64,000 nucleotides of DNA, from IMG/VR virus record IMGVR_UViG_3300027974_001900, positions 32,001-96,000 of that record; one strand, 5' to 3'. The position numbers were made by a program, and so were the translations under genes. Positions 1 to 9,222 of this stretch are shown piece after piece. The notes beneath the pieces are model-generated. The model worked only from the letters and a program-made list of their open reading frames with translations. It was not told the DNA's origin and ran no database searches. Source of the DNA: a virus. Positions within the stretch are counted from its first letter, which is position 1; each line of letters starts with the position of its first letter.

Positions 1-1156
1 ATCTTTGACCTGATCTCTTCCAGTCAAGTTTAATAGCTTCTTTAAGATCTTCTCTTTTGGCTGTTGCTAATAGTGTTTTTAATCTTGTTGCCCAACCTGG
101 ATGTTGTTTTTCCTGTGTTGTATTAAGAGCGTTTTCAAGTTGTTTTATTAACTCTTTAATAAGTTCAGCATCTGTTAATTCTTTTTTATCAGATTTCTTT
201 GTTTCTTCTAAATCTTCTTCCTCGTCATCGTCTTCTTCGTCGGATTCTTCTTCGTCTTCTTCGTCGGATTCTTCTTCGTCTTCTTCGTCTTGCTCGTCAT
301 CATAATACTCTTCATCATCAAAATCTTCTACGTCGGCGTCTGGATTATAATCCTCGTCGTCTTCTTCATCTTCATCTTCTTCTGAATCATAATCAATGTG
401 GAATCCAACATCGTCTTCTGCGCCGTAAAGATCTTCGTCTCCGAGATCTTCATCATCTTCAAAGTCTTCATCTTCGATGTCAACGTCCATGTCTTCTTCA
501 TCATCTAAATCAACGTCTTCATCCTCGTCATCAAATTCTTCATCACCTTCATCATTAAAATCATTTAGGTCAGAAAGTTCTTCGGCATCATCTTCAGAAT
601 CTTCGTCGTCATCTTCAAAATCATCTTCGTCAGATTCTTCTTCGTCATCGTATGGGAAGGTTTCTGATTCATCATCAAAGTCTTCATCATCATTCATTTC
701 TTCTTCTAATTCTTCATTAAGTTTAGATTTCTTTGATAATACCTTTAATTCTTGAAGAGCAAGTTGTTCTGGGGTTTCTTTGTTTTTGCTGAATTCAAAT
801 TCTGTTAAAGAATCAAGATCAATTTCAACAACGCCAGTTGGGTAAGCTTTGTCTGCAATCATTTCGCCATCCTTAAAAGCATAATCAAGCTTTGTGAAAA
901 TAGAAGATTTATTATCTTCATCTGCTTTTGCTTTCTCTGGATCAACAGGAGCAGAACCAGGAGTTACTGGCATACCAGGCATAGGAGCGGCAGCAGGAGC
1001 AGGATCAGCGGCAGGAGCGGCTTGTTCTAAAAGCCTCTCAATTTCTCCTTCAAATTCTCCAGAATATTTTTCAATTAAAGATTGTTGTGCATTTTTAATT
1101 GCAGCTTCCTTTAATTCTTTTGCGTCTAAAATTGCTTGTTCTAACATTGAACTCAT
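1..1156 (-). CDS. Prohead core/scaffold-like protein with long Asp/Glu tract (3' end runs off the window)
   Basis: Not in the ORF track. My translation from ATG at 1156 (GGAG SD upstream) gives MSSMLEQAILDAKELKEAAIKNAQQSLIEKYS..., an Ala/Pro linker, then about 175 mostly D/E residues, open to the window edge. It lies downstream of portal and protease, where scaffold and capsid genes sit in T4-like order. Confidence 0.65.
   Translation of the reverse strand, partial: MSSMLEQAILDAKELKEAAIKNAQQSLIEKYSGEFEGEIERLLEQAAPAADPAPAAAPMPGMPVTPGSAPVDPEKAKADEDNKSSIFTKLDYAFKDGEMIADKAYPTGVVEIDLDSLTEFEFSKNKETPEQLALQELKVLSKKSKLNEELEEEMNDDEDFDDESETFPYDDEEESDEDDFEDDDEDSEDDAEELSDLNDFNDEGDEEFDDEDEDVDLDDEEDMDVDIEDEDFEDDEDLGDEDLYGAEDDVGFHIDYDSEEDEDEEDDEDYNPDADVEDFDDEEYYDDEQDEEDEEESDEEDEEESDEEDDDEEEDLEETKKSDKKELTDAELIKELIKQLENALNTTQEKQHPGWATRLKTLLATAKREDLKEAIKLDWKRSGQR
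195..720 (-). repeat. Low-complexity GAN-codon tract (poly-D/E), including a 24-nt tandem duplication at 241-288
   Basis: cggattcttcttcgtcttcttcgt occurs twice in tandem (DEEDEEES x2) within a tc(a/g/t)-triplet-rich stretch. Confidence 0.85.
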
Positions 1157-1182
1157 TTATAATTTCTCCATTTATGGTATAA

Positions 1183-1190
1183 TAAATAGT
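1183..1190 (-). promoter_or_regulatory. Candidate late promoter motif ACTATTTA
   Basis: TAAATAGT on + strand, 27 nt upstream of the ATG at 1156. The same motif at similar spacing precedes four other genes. Confidence 0.6.
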
Positions 1191-1269
1191 ATATTTATTC
1201 CCTAATGATTTTTTTTCTTAATTCCGCCAATAGACAGAGAATTTCCTTTTTTACCAAATCTACTTTTCA

Positions 1270-1695
1270 TTATCCAACTCCCAATGAACCAGACCAGTTA
1301 TTACCAGTAGCAACAAAGGAAGGAACTCCTCTTGGAATTGGAGTTAATCCTGCTATAATTGAAGCAGAACTTTGCACTGTTGTATTTGAAATTAAGAATA
1401 AATCTTCAATTCTCCATTCGCCAGTATAAGATTCTCCAAAAGCTAGTGAAAAATAATTTGAAGTATTAGTAGTTCCAAGAGCGCTAAAGCCGACTCTAAT
1501 AGCTGGAGCACCAGAGACAGAACCAGTATTAACAATTGTTACAAATTTAGTTACATATGGGAACTGAACCTTCAATATTGCTGCATTACTTGCTGGTACT
1601 GTTAAGCTAGAAGTAACAAAAGGAATCCCACCTAATTGATAAGAACCCACTGACCCCAATCCAGGATTTGGCCATTGCATTGTTTCATTTGCCAT
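1270..1695 (-). CDS. Ser/Thr/Gly-rich putative virion (head decoration-like) protein
   Basis: 141 aa ORF with AAGGAG SD and its own ACTATTTA motif. Beta-rich-looking composition. Lies in the head module. Confidence 0.5.
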   Translation of the reverse strand: MANETMQWPNPGLGSVGSYQLGGIPFVTSSLTVPASNAAILKVQFPYVTKFVTIVNTGSVSGAPAIRVGFSALGTTNTSNYFSLAFGESYTGEWRIEDLFLISNTTVQSSASIIAGLTPIPRGVPSFVATGNNWSGSLGVG

Positions 1696-1719
1696 AATAA
1701 TTAACTCCTTAAGTTACAA

Positions 1720-1727
1720 TAAATAGT
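1720..1727 (-). promoter_or_regulatory. Candidate late promoter motif ACTATTTA
   Basis: TAAATAGT 25 nt upstream of the ATG at 1695. Confidence 0.6.
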
Positions 1728-1970
1728 TTACTCTTTCTTTTCTTTTGGCATGTCTTTTGCTTCTCTTTCTCTGCGAAGTTTAGCTATAACTTTTTTCCTA
1801 CGATTCTTCATTCTCGATCTTTTTGCAGTTGGAGTTTCATAATATTTTCTATTTTGAATCTCTTCTACAATCTTTTCTTTCTTAACTTTGTTAAGAAATC
1901 TTTTAACCATTCTTTCTGGGTGTTCACCTTGTCTTAGTTTAACTTCGACATTGCATCTCTTGTTTGCCAT
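1728..1970 (-). CDS. rpsU: Phage-encoded ribosomal protein bS21
   Basis: 80 aa and basic. VKLRQGEHPERMVKRFLNKVKKEKIVEEIQNRKYYETPTAKR matches the bS21 pattern V-x-x-x-E-x-x-E-x-x-(L/V)(K/R)RF...R-x-(Y/F)YEKP. Confidence 0.85.
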   Translation of the reverse strand: MANKRCNVEVKLRQGEHPERMVKRFLNKVKKEKIVEEIQNRKYYETPTAKRSRMKNRRKKVIAKLRREREAKDMPKEKKE

Positions 1971-1976
1971 ACTTCC

Positions 1977-2354
1977 TCATTTAAATCCCTTTAATCCTGG
2001 GATGTTGTTAAGAATGGATAAATCCATTCCTGGATCTCCGTCATCAACGGAACGATTATCTGGACCTGGTGCTGGCTCTAAGCCTTCAAATACGCTGGCG
2101 TATGCACCTTTACCAATAGAATCAGCAAGTTTTTTTCTTACTTCGTTTATTTGTGGTTTTGATTGTGGTTGTTGTGGCTGTTTTTTTGGAGAAGTAACTT
2201 CTGGATCTCTTCTGGTTGATTCAGAAAAGATTTGTTTATTGCCTTTATTAACTTCGTTAATAAGACTGGACAACAGCCCTTCTTCTAGCAACATCTCTTG
2301 TAAACATTCTTTAACAAGAGGCTTCATAATTTTTTTCATTTCGCTCTTTGTCAT
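1977..2354 (-). CDS. Hypothetical head-module protein
   Basis: 125 aa ORF tightly coupled to its neighbours, with an N-terminal amphipathic helix ending in LLEE. Confidence 0.6.
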   Translation of the reverse strand: MTKSEMKKIMKPLVKECLQEMLLEEGLLSSLINEVNKGNKQIFSESTRRDPEVTSPKKQPQQPQSKPQINEVRKKLADSIGKGAYASVFEGLEPAPGPDNRSVDDGDPGMDLSILNNIPGLKGFK

Positions 2355-2945
2355 TTAATCCTCAATTAGAATGTCATTCATTGCTCTAAAAATCTTATCT
2401 GATTTGGTAAAGATATTTGGTTCTTTGTGTTCCTTAAATAAGAAAGCACCAGTTGTTGATGGTTCCGAAACAAGATCAAAGCAGATTAACTGAAAGTCAT
2501 CTTGTACCATTGTTGTTCCGCCTTGGTCCTTTGTCGAACCAAGACCGCGAGAAGAAACGCCAAGCTTAACTCCGCCCCTAATAAGATCCTTTGCAATTCT
2601 ACCAGCAGGAGTATCTAATAGGCGAAGCTTTCCAATAACTTCATCATTTCTCATCTCAATGTGTGTTACGATGTGAGAAGCATTTTTTAATTCGATAACA
2701 GAGGAGTCTGGGTGGTCTAACTCGCCAAGTGCTCTTTTTTCTTGAACAAGTTTTTTATAGTTTTCTACTTCTCTTTGAAGTGTTCTCTTTGGATAAACTC
2801 TGCCGTTGCCATTCTTAGCATCTGCCCTTTGCAGACGACCAGCAAGAATGACATCGCCAGCTTCAATCATTCTCTTATCATCTTCTGTTAAAAGAGAAGA
2901 ATCATTATCAAGTTCAAGAAATTCTGTTAAAACGTATTTATTCAT
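2355..2945 (-). CDS. Prohead protease (T4 gp21-like)
   Basis: Motifs NGNGRVYP, ALGELDHP, LGVSSRGLGS and FDLVSEPST, typical of gp21-type proteases. Confidence 0.93.
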   Translation of the reverse strand: MNKYVLTEFLELDNDSSLLTEDDKRMIEAGDVILAGRLQRADAKNGNGRVYPKRTLQREVENYKKLVQEKRALGELDHPDSSVIELKNASHIVTHIEMRNDEVIGKLRLLDTPAGRIAKDLIRGGVKLGVSSRGLGSTKDQGGTTMVQDDFQLICFDLVSEPSTTGAFLFKEHKEPNIFTKSDKIFRAMNDILIED

Positions 2946-3142
2946 TATTTTATTGCCTTTAACAAACCAGTCAATCTAACTGTCTCTTCTCTAGTTTTAG
3001 CCATGCTTTTAATTCTATCCATTTCTAAATCTAGTGCAACCACAGCAGGATCTTTGGCCAATGGAGTATCTTCATTCAGGCTCTTAAACCTAGTAACTTC
3101 TTCTTCAATAATCTGATTTAGTCTTTCGTATGATATTTTCAT
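2945..3142 (-). CDS. Small head-module protein (probable start MKISYERL)
   Basis: A GGAGGT SD lies upstream of the ATG at 3142. The ORF track start at 3163 is a non-ATG extension. Confidence 0.55.
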   Translation of the reverse strand: MKISYERLNQIIEEEVTRFKSLNEDTPLAKDPAVVALDLEMDRIKSMAKTREETVRLTGLLKAIK

Positions 3143-3163
3143 AGTCAGCAACCTCCTTTGCAA

Positions 3164-3511
3164 TTAGTTGGTGGTCTTTTCATCCACTTGTTTGTCCAGA
3201 GATTGTGCCCCTGATTTGATTTTAAAATTAAAGCCATCATCGCTTACTCCCATATTTAATATGTAGCTAGTTCCAGAGCTTAAAAATCCCAATAACATAA
3301 AATTTATTATAGACTGCTCAAAACTAAATAGTTCGGTATATGGAGAAACTCCACATAAAAACATTCCTACCCAAAATCCCATACACATAGGACATTGGAA
3401 TAATTCTCCAAACCATCCTTTTGTAGGTCTAATGAATTTTAAAATTGCACCATAACAAAGTATTTGGGTTAAGCCATAAGCAATAAGAATAAAATAAATT
3501 AGTTGAAGCAT
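3164..3511 (-). CDS. Small membrane protein with CxxC-x-x-FW motif (DUF1360-like)
   Basis: Three hydrophobic segments and the motif ELFQCPMCMGFWVG. Confidence 0.6.
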   Translation of the reverse strand: MLQLIYFILIAYGLTQILCYGAILKFIRPTKGWFGELFQCPMCMGFWVGMFLCGVSPYTELFSFEQSIINFMLLGFLSSGTSYILNMGVSDDGFNFKIKSGAQSLDKQVDEKTTN

Positions 3512-3547
3512 TTATCCTCTATTGTTGTTCGAACCAATTAATTCTTC

Positions 3548-4159
3548 CTACACCCTATAAAGAATACCATAAGCAGTTTGATAAATGTTTACGTGTCCTT
3601 TTCTTGGTTTTTGTGGAACTTCACCAAGTTCGGTTGTATCTTCTTCTTCTGGATTTACAAACATATCTTCAACGTTTTCTTCATAATTCTTGGAAATGTC
3701 AATGAACTCCATTTCTTTTTCCATAAATCTCTTTGTAAGAAGAATTATGACTTGCATAACGTCAATCTTGTCGTTTGGAGGATAAAATGACTCTAACGAA
3801 TTAATAATCGCTCCACTTCTAATTGTTCCCTTAATTAAGACACCTTTTCTATCTAAAAATTTAAAGTATCTATTTTGAGCAGGATACGTATCAGATGTTA
3901 CATTGTCTTTTGGAATTGTAAATATTTTATTTTTTGATGGAATAATAACTATGTCAATCAAAGGATGGTCATAAATAACAATGTTGTTATCCAATGTTTT
4001 TCTTATATTAAGCTTAACTTTTATGAATCTTGGTCCAAAGATAATTTTAATTTCTTCTTTCTTTGGCTCCTCATCTGCGCCCATAGGTGTTCCAATGTCT
4101 TCTGGATTAACACCAGCAGCTGCAACTTCTTTACCTGTTATTTTAATAGTTATTGCCAT
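3548..4159 (-). CDS. Hypothetical protein
   Basis: 203 aa ORF in the operon, with no recognised motif. Confidence 0.6.
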   Translation of the reverse strand: MAITIKITGKEVAAAGVNPEDIGTPMGADEEPKKEEIKIIFGPRFIKVKLNIRKTLDNNIVIYDHPLIDIVIIPSKNKIFTIPKDNVTSDTYPAQNRYFKFLDRKGVLIKGTIRSGAIINSLESFYPPNDKIDVMQVIILLTKRFMEKEMEFIDISKNYEENVEDMFVNPEEEDTTELGEVPQKPRKGHVNIYQTAYGILYRV

Positions 4160-4162
4160 ATT

Positions 4163-4981
4163 TTAGTTCTCTAATTCGTTGACGAGCTTTTGGAATTTAA
4201 GGATCTTTTGTAGATACTTCTCGTCAATTTCTTCGTCTTTGAGAGCGTTAAATCTCTTTTTAACCTCAACAAGCTTCTTTAAAATTTCTTTATCTTCTTT
4301 TACCTCCGCGACGCTATGAGCGGAGTTTAATTTAGAAGAGATGTTTTGTAGTTCTTCGTTTAGAAAGACAACAAAATCGGTATTATCATCCTCTGTTGCT
4401 GTCATATATTTCTTTAACAAAGATTTTTGGTTTTCTAATAGATCGGAGTATTTCTTATTAAAAGCGTTTAAATAGCTGTGAACAACATACTTATCAATTT
4501 TCTCATTAATTTGATCCAACGTTTGTTCGCCAACTGTCATTTTTTCAATTGCTTGTCTTTCCATTAGCATTCTTGCTGGAATGGAAGCTTTGTCTCCAAA
4601 AATTTGTTGAAGAGTTGCAATATCTTTATAGTTTGGAACATAGTTTGCAAAAAATTTAGGAGTCAGTGAACGATTAACTTTTGCGATTAAAGAACTCTGT
4701 TGTTGGAATACTTTATCCATTCCAAGACCAGCATACATTCTTTTTGCTTCTGATAAAATTCTTTCTGCCAATTCTTTATCTACATTCTTTGTTTCAAGAA
4801 CAGCTTTGTAGATCTTTAATTCTTCTTTGAGAACTTTTCCTTCTGAAAAATATTCCACAAATAAATTACGAATTTCTTGTAATTTTCTTGGATCATTATC
4901 TAATTTTGCTTTTGTATATTCTCTTACAAGAGCTTCGTATAAAAACAATGTATTTCTTTTTTTATTGTGGCTTATTTTCAT
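4163..4981 (-). CDS. Helical protein downstream of portal (head assembly candidate)
   Basis: 272 aa ORF starting MKISHNKKRNT.., immediately after the portal gene. Confidence 0.6.
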   Translation of the reverse strand: MKISHNKKRNTLFLYEALVREYTKAKLDNDPRKLQEIRNLFVEYFSEGKVLKEELKIYKAVLETKNVDKELAERILSEAKRMYAGLGMDKVFQQQSSLIAKVNRSLTPKFFANYVPNYKDIATLQQIFGDKASIPARMLMERQAIEKMTVGEQTLDQINEKIDKYVVHSYLNAFNKKYSDLLENQKSLLKKYMTATEDDNTDFVVFLNEELQNISSKLNSAHSVAEVKEDKEILKKLVEVKKRFNALKDEEIDEKYLQKILKFQKLVNELEN

Positions 4982-4984
4982 TTT

Positions 4985-7042
4985 TTACTCTTCCATTATG
5001 GTTTCTAAATCCCGGTCAAGTTTATTTAATTGATCCTCGGCTGACTTATTATAATTAGTATCGATTGACTCTGCAATACCTTTTGCTAAACGATCTGATG
5101 TAACATAACCGAATCCAAAGGCATTTCTTTTAGAATTCTTACCGTAAGCTTGACTTCCCCATAAAGACTTAACGTGTCTTGTAAATGGTCCACGATCTTC
5201 TCTTTTGTCATCATCAGTTGGTTTATATTTTTTACCTTTAGAACTAAGAGTTAAGTAAGAACCATCAGCGTATTCAATCTTTACAGGTTTATCTTGTTTA
5301 TCTCTTTTTACAACACTATCTCTTTTAGCTGGGGCTTCTGGCGGTGGTGCTGCCAAAAGTGGTGAACCACCTTCTTCCCCAGGGGCTGGAGCTGCTTCTG
5401 GAGCTGGAGCTGCTTCTCCGCCAGCTGGTGCGGCTCCAGCTTCTCCTCCTTCTGGTGGAGGCGGAGTTATTGCTGCCCCTAATGTTCCTGGTCCTCCACC
5501 TAGTCCGCCTTCTATACCACCTGTAGGTTCAGCCGAAAGCGATGGACCGCCCATTCCACTCATATCACCTGCTGACGGCATATCTTGTGCAGATGCTTCA
5601 ATTGCAGCATCAACTCTCTTATCATAGAAACGTTGTCTTTCAATCTTCTCAAAATCTTCATCAGACATACCGAATATATTTTTTGAAACATATTGACGAG
5701 AAAAGAAGTTTGCACCAAGTGCTTTAGATGCAACGTCTAGTTTTTGGCTCAATCCCTCTAATTCTTGCATCATTGCAATACGAGAAGGATTATTTAGAGA
5801 GAGTTTAAAAGAAATTAAGTCATCACCTCTGAACCCAAGAGTATAAAGATGCACGATGCCAATCTTTTCCATTTCTGAAAGCATTGCTCTTTGCAGTCTT
5901 TGAACTGTTCTTGCAAAACGAATGTCTTTTTGAGCAAGTGTAGACTTATCTTCTTTATCTGACTCAGATTGTGAAAGATAAGCTCCTGGGATTTTAATTG
6001 CGGCAAATAACTTATTCTTTAAGTATTTAATATCTTCAATTGAATCAATACCTTTTTGACCGGCAAGTGGAGTAATCTTAGATACAGAACCAGCGCGGAC
6101 AGGAAGGTAATAATCTTCCTCAACGCTTAGAGGATTATAGCGAAGATCTACTTGTCCTGTTGTATCATCTACAACTTGATGTCTTTTAAGCTGTGTAATA
6201 ACGCGCTGCATATATTGCTCAACATCTTCTGGAGGAATGCCTGAAACGTCGATCTCAAATACTTTTCTGTCTGGTGCGCGAATAACTCTTGCTGCCATCA
6301 TCGCATCTTCTACGAGAATTAACTGACGCCAAATTCTTCTTGCTGGATCTAATACTGATGTGCCGTATGGAGCATACTTATCATTTCCTAATACACGAAA
6401 GTGAGCAATCTGCCAATTTTCAAACGTCAAACCGCCAGCATTCCATTGGAATTGTAGATAATTAGGGTTTGTTTGATCTTGACCTTCTAATCTCTCAACT
6501 TCCTGCGAAGGAAGGCCAATCGCTGCTTTAACACCAAGAACTTCGTCTGTATCAAGATACAAAAAGAAATCTCCATACTTACACATTGTTCTTGCCCAGT
6601 TAAAGAGATTTGATTCAATGTTTAGTGTTTTGTAGAATAAAGTATCAATAATGTTCTTGATTTCTTCGTTGTGGCAATCAATCTTTAATAGCTTTGAAAC
6701 CTCTGTAAAGGTCGTCATTTCATCTGCATAAACATCAAGAGCAGATGCCAACTCTGGATAAAATTCCATTTGCTCAAAGTCAACATATCTTTCTGCACGG
6801 CTTTGAATAGCCATGTTCCCAGAACGAAGTGAATCAAACGGGTTATAAACATTTTTCTTGTATGATAAGCCTTGTAGAGAATTAAACTTGCTTGCATACT
6901 TGTCTAATTGAAACTTTCTTTCTCTTGTTGGTTTTTGTGCTCTAAAATTAATGATAGGACCAGAGAACAACTTTGTTAATCTCTTAAATAAAGGAGACGC
7001 ACTATTTTTTGGATTGTTTCTCTGATCTGCTTTATTTGCCAT
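4985..7042 (-). CDS. Portal protein (T4 gp20-like)
   Basis: Motifs YGTSVLDPARRIWRQLILVEDAMMAARVIRAPDRKVFEID, EEDYYLPVR, IEDIKYLKNKLFAAIKIP and DIRFARTVQRLQ. Adjacent to terminase. Confidence 0.93.
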   Translation of the reverse strand: MANKADQRNNPKNSASPLFKRLTKLFSGPIINFRAQKPTRERKFQLDKYASKFNSLQGLSYKKNVYNPFDSLRSGNMAIQSRAERYVDFEQMEFYPELASALDVYADEMTTFTEVSKLLKIDCHNEEIKNIIDTLFYKTLNIESNLFNWARTMCKYGDFFLYLDTDEVLGVKAAIGLPSQEVERLEGQDQTNPNYLQFQWNAGGLTFENWQIAHFRVLGNDKYAPYGTSVLDPARRIWRQLILVEDAMMAARVIRAPDRKVFEIDVSGIPPEDVEQYMQRVITQLKRHQVVDDTTGQVDLRYNPLSVEEDYYLPVRAGSVSKITPLAGQKGIDSIEDIKYLKNKLFAAIKIPGAYLSQSESDKEDKSTLAQKDIRFARTVQRLQRAMLSEMEKIGIVHLYTLGFRGDDLISFKLSLNNPSRIAMMQELEGLSQKLDVASKALGANFFSRQYVSKNIFGMSDEDFEKIERQRFYDKRVDAAIEASAQDMPSAGDMSGMGGPSLSAEPTGGIEGGLGGGPGTLGAAITPPPPEGGEAGAAPAGGEAAPAPEAAPAPGEEGGSPLLAAPPPEAPAKRDSVVKRDKQDKPVKIEYADGSYLTLSSKGKKYKPTDDDKREDRGPFTRHVKSLWGSQAYGKNSKRNAFGFGYVTSDRLAKGIAESIDTNYNKSAEDQLNKLDRDLETIMEE

Positions 7043-7051
7043 TTTTTATTC

Positions 7052-8635
7052 TCACTTCATTAACCAAGAGAACTCTCTTGCGTTGTTGTATGCTTCAGCC
7101 CACTTCTTGCGATTTTCGGCTTTTGCGTGTTCAGGCATTCCAGGTATTGATGACTCAAATGTTCTTCCGCCAGTATTTATTCCGCTGATAAATGCTTGAC
7201 GGTATTGTACATCTCTTTGAGAAATTATTAAGGCCCCTTCTCTTACCCAGCAGGCAATTGCACAGGACATTACTAAATCGTCATTACTACCTTTAATTGC
7301 CTCCGCTTTTCCGTTGTTCCAAACAAATGTTTCTAACTCATTAATTAGTCTTTCAGAATTGATTTTTATTATCTTGTTTCTTAAAAATTCTTCCATCTTT
7401 GCAATAGCAAGGGGGCGCATCTTAACGTTTGTATTGAAACCAGGAACGGCACTTGAATCATACAATGCTGTCATCGGCTCAATAAAATCATAACTTGATT
7501 TTTTGTGGTGGTAAATAGCTGGATGTCTCATTGATTTGAGTTTTTCTAACACTCCGTAACCAAATGAGTTATTCTCTACAACCGTTAAACAAAAACCATA
7601 ATCTTTTGATGTCTCAAATAATAATTCTGCGTATGCTTCTGGGGCTAACTTGCCTTGGTATTCTGCCACTTGTTCCATAGAATCAACATCGTAAATGTTA
7701 AATGCAGAATTATCTTCCGCATCTCCACGGGCAACGTCGGCAGAAAGTAAGTACCTTCTTCCTGGTTCTGGTTCTTTCCAAATCCATAGATTTCCATCAA
7801 AACCACCTCTTCTTATTGGTTTTGATGTTCCATCTTTCATCTCTTGTAGAATTACACCGTCAACAATTGTGTTTCCAGAAAAATTAAAAGAGCATTCGTA
7901 TTCTTGTGCAATGTCCTTCGCACTAAGGTTTTTAGTATTTTCTTCCCACCATTTTTGGTCTCTGTCTGGGTGGGCGTCCCAGTTTAGCTTAATAGGATTA
8001 AAGTTGTTCTTTCCTGTCTCCGCATCTGTATAAGTCTTGTGAAACCAGTTACCAACGCCTTTTGGAGTTGATACGGCGATACAGCGACCACCAGTGGCAA
8101 TTGTAGGATAAATACCAGCCCACATTTCATCCATACCTTGAATGATGCCAGCTTCGTCAACAATGAGCAAAGAAAGAGCTTCGGAACGACCAGAGTCGCC
8201 AGTTGTTGATGCTGCCTTAACCCAAGAGCCATTATTTAATTCAAGAGTGCTTTTGTTGTCATTCTTAACCTTAGCAATCTTCATCCAATCAGGAAGATTG
8301 TTATACATTAACTTAACCTTCTTAACCATACCAACGGCAACGTTTAATTGCGTGGCAACAGATAAGACAGTCTTTTCCCTATGGAATAATACCATCCAAA
8401 GAATAAAGCCCGCAGTTGCAGTCGAAAGACCCATCTGGCGAGCTTTGAGTACGATGTTAAATCTATAATCTTGAAATTGTTTTATACAATCTTCTTGGAA
8501 TGGATAAAGTTTAAAACTAATAAGTCCTTGGACTGGATGAGAAATTTTGACAAAGTTATTGATAAAATAAATGGGGTCTTTCCCACATTTAATTATTTCT
8601 TTAACAACTTCCTTCTTAGTTAATTGGACACTCAT
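7052..8635 (-). CDS. Terminase large subunit (T4 gp17-like)
   Basis: KLYPFQ adenine-binding motif, Walker A KARQMGLST, Walker B LLIVDEA, coupling motif STPKG, QEYECSF, and nuclease motifs ADVARG...D and NDDLVMS. Confidence 0.95.
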   Translation of the reverse strand: MSVQLTKKEVVKEIIKCGKDPIYFINNFVKISHPVQGLISFKLYPFQEDCIKQFQDYRFNIVLKARQMGLSTATAGFILWMVLFHREKTVLSVATQLNVAVGMVKKVKLMYNNLPDWMKIAKVKNDNKSTLELNNGSWVKAASTTGDSGRSEALSLLIVDEAGIIQGMDEMWAGIYPTIATGGRCIAVSTPKGVGNWFHKTYTDAETGKNNFNPIKLNWDAHPDRDQKWWEENTKNLSAKDIAQEYECSFNFSGNTIVDGVILQEMKDGTSKPIRRGGFDGNLWIWKEPEPGRRYLLSADVARGDAEDNSAFNIYDVDSMEQVAEYQGKLAPEAYAELLFETSKDYGFCLTVVENNSFGYGVLEKLKSMRHPAIYHHKKSSYDFIEPMTALYDSSAVPGFNTNVKMRPLAIAKMEEFLRNKIIKINSERLINELETFVWNNGKAEAIKGSNDDLVMSCAIACWVREGALIISQRDVQYRQAFISGINTGGRTFESSIPGMPEHAKAENRKKWAEAYNNAREFSWLMK

Positions 8636-9222
8636 GCAACTCGCTTAGGAGCTTCTTCTGCCTTCTTCTTGTTCTTAAAGAGGCTCTTGTGATACTTTTC
8701 GTAATCAGCAACAATCTGACTCTTATACTCTTCTGGCTCGGGAATACCAGTAAGTTCGTAGCATTTATGTGCCGTTACAGACGTTCTAAAACGAGAAATT
8801 GGCTGAATTAAAACGTCGAAATCCTTAACTGTTTTTCCGTTCTTTAATGTTTTCTTGGCTTCTTTTGTTGCAAGACTTTTCTTTGTTGTAGCCTTAAATT
8901 GTTTTTTGACGAATGCAAGACATTTTTCAATAGTGCTTTCGATTTCGTCTTCAAACTTTCCAGCTCCCATCCTATGAATCTCGTTGAGCGGAATTTCTGC
9001 GTGGTAATTAATAGTCAGCTTTCTACCACCGACTTTAACGTGAAAACCATCCATAATTCTTTTGTCTACTAAGTAATTGCCTTCTTCTCTTCGTAAGCCA
9101 ACTTTGTTGTCAATGTCTTCGTTGTAGGTTGGTCCATCATAAGCCAGAGACATCGCTTGACCAATCCCACGGACAATTTCGTAAATATCATTTTGGACCT
9201 CGTTGTTTACTATTTCTGCCAT
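8632..9222 (-). CDS. Hypothetical protein (probable start MAEIVNN)
   Basis: Open frame that overlaps the terL start by 4 nt. The ATG at 9222 is preferred over the upstream TTG. Confidence 0.6.
   Translation of the reverse strand: MAEIVNNEVQNDIYEIVRGIGQAMSLAYDGPTYNEDIDNKVGLRREEGNYLVDKRIMDGFHVKVGGRKLTINYHAEIPLNEIHRMGAGKFEDEIESTIEKCLAFVKKQFKATTKKSLATKEAKKTLKNGKTVKDFDVLIQPISRFRTSVTAHKCYELTGIPEPEEYKSQIVADYEKYHKSLFKNKKKAEEAPKRVA

Noticed and set aside
195-720. Repetitive tract as a CRISPR array or non-coding repeat
   Set aside because: It shows triplet periodicity from Asp/Glu codons, with no constant repeat plus unique spacer structure.
57-1429. Plus-strand Ser-rich and Arg/Leu/His-rich ORFs
   Set aside because: They are antisense shadows of the minus-strand acidic and Pro/Ala-rich coding sequence. 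The same applies to the other short + strand ORFs across the window, which overlap well-supported minus-strand genes.
3325-3332. Additional TAAATAGT copies inside coding regions (also near 59282)
   Set aside because: They are not at the 23-28 nt spacing from a start codon, and chance copies are expected in AT-rich DNA.
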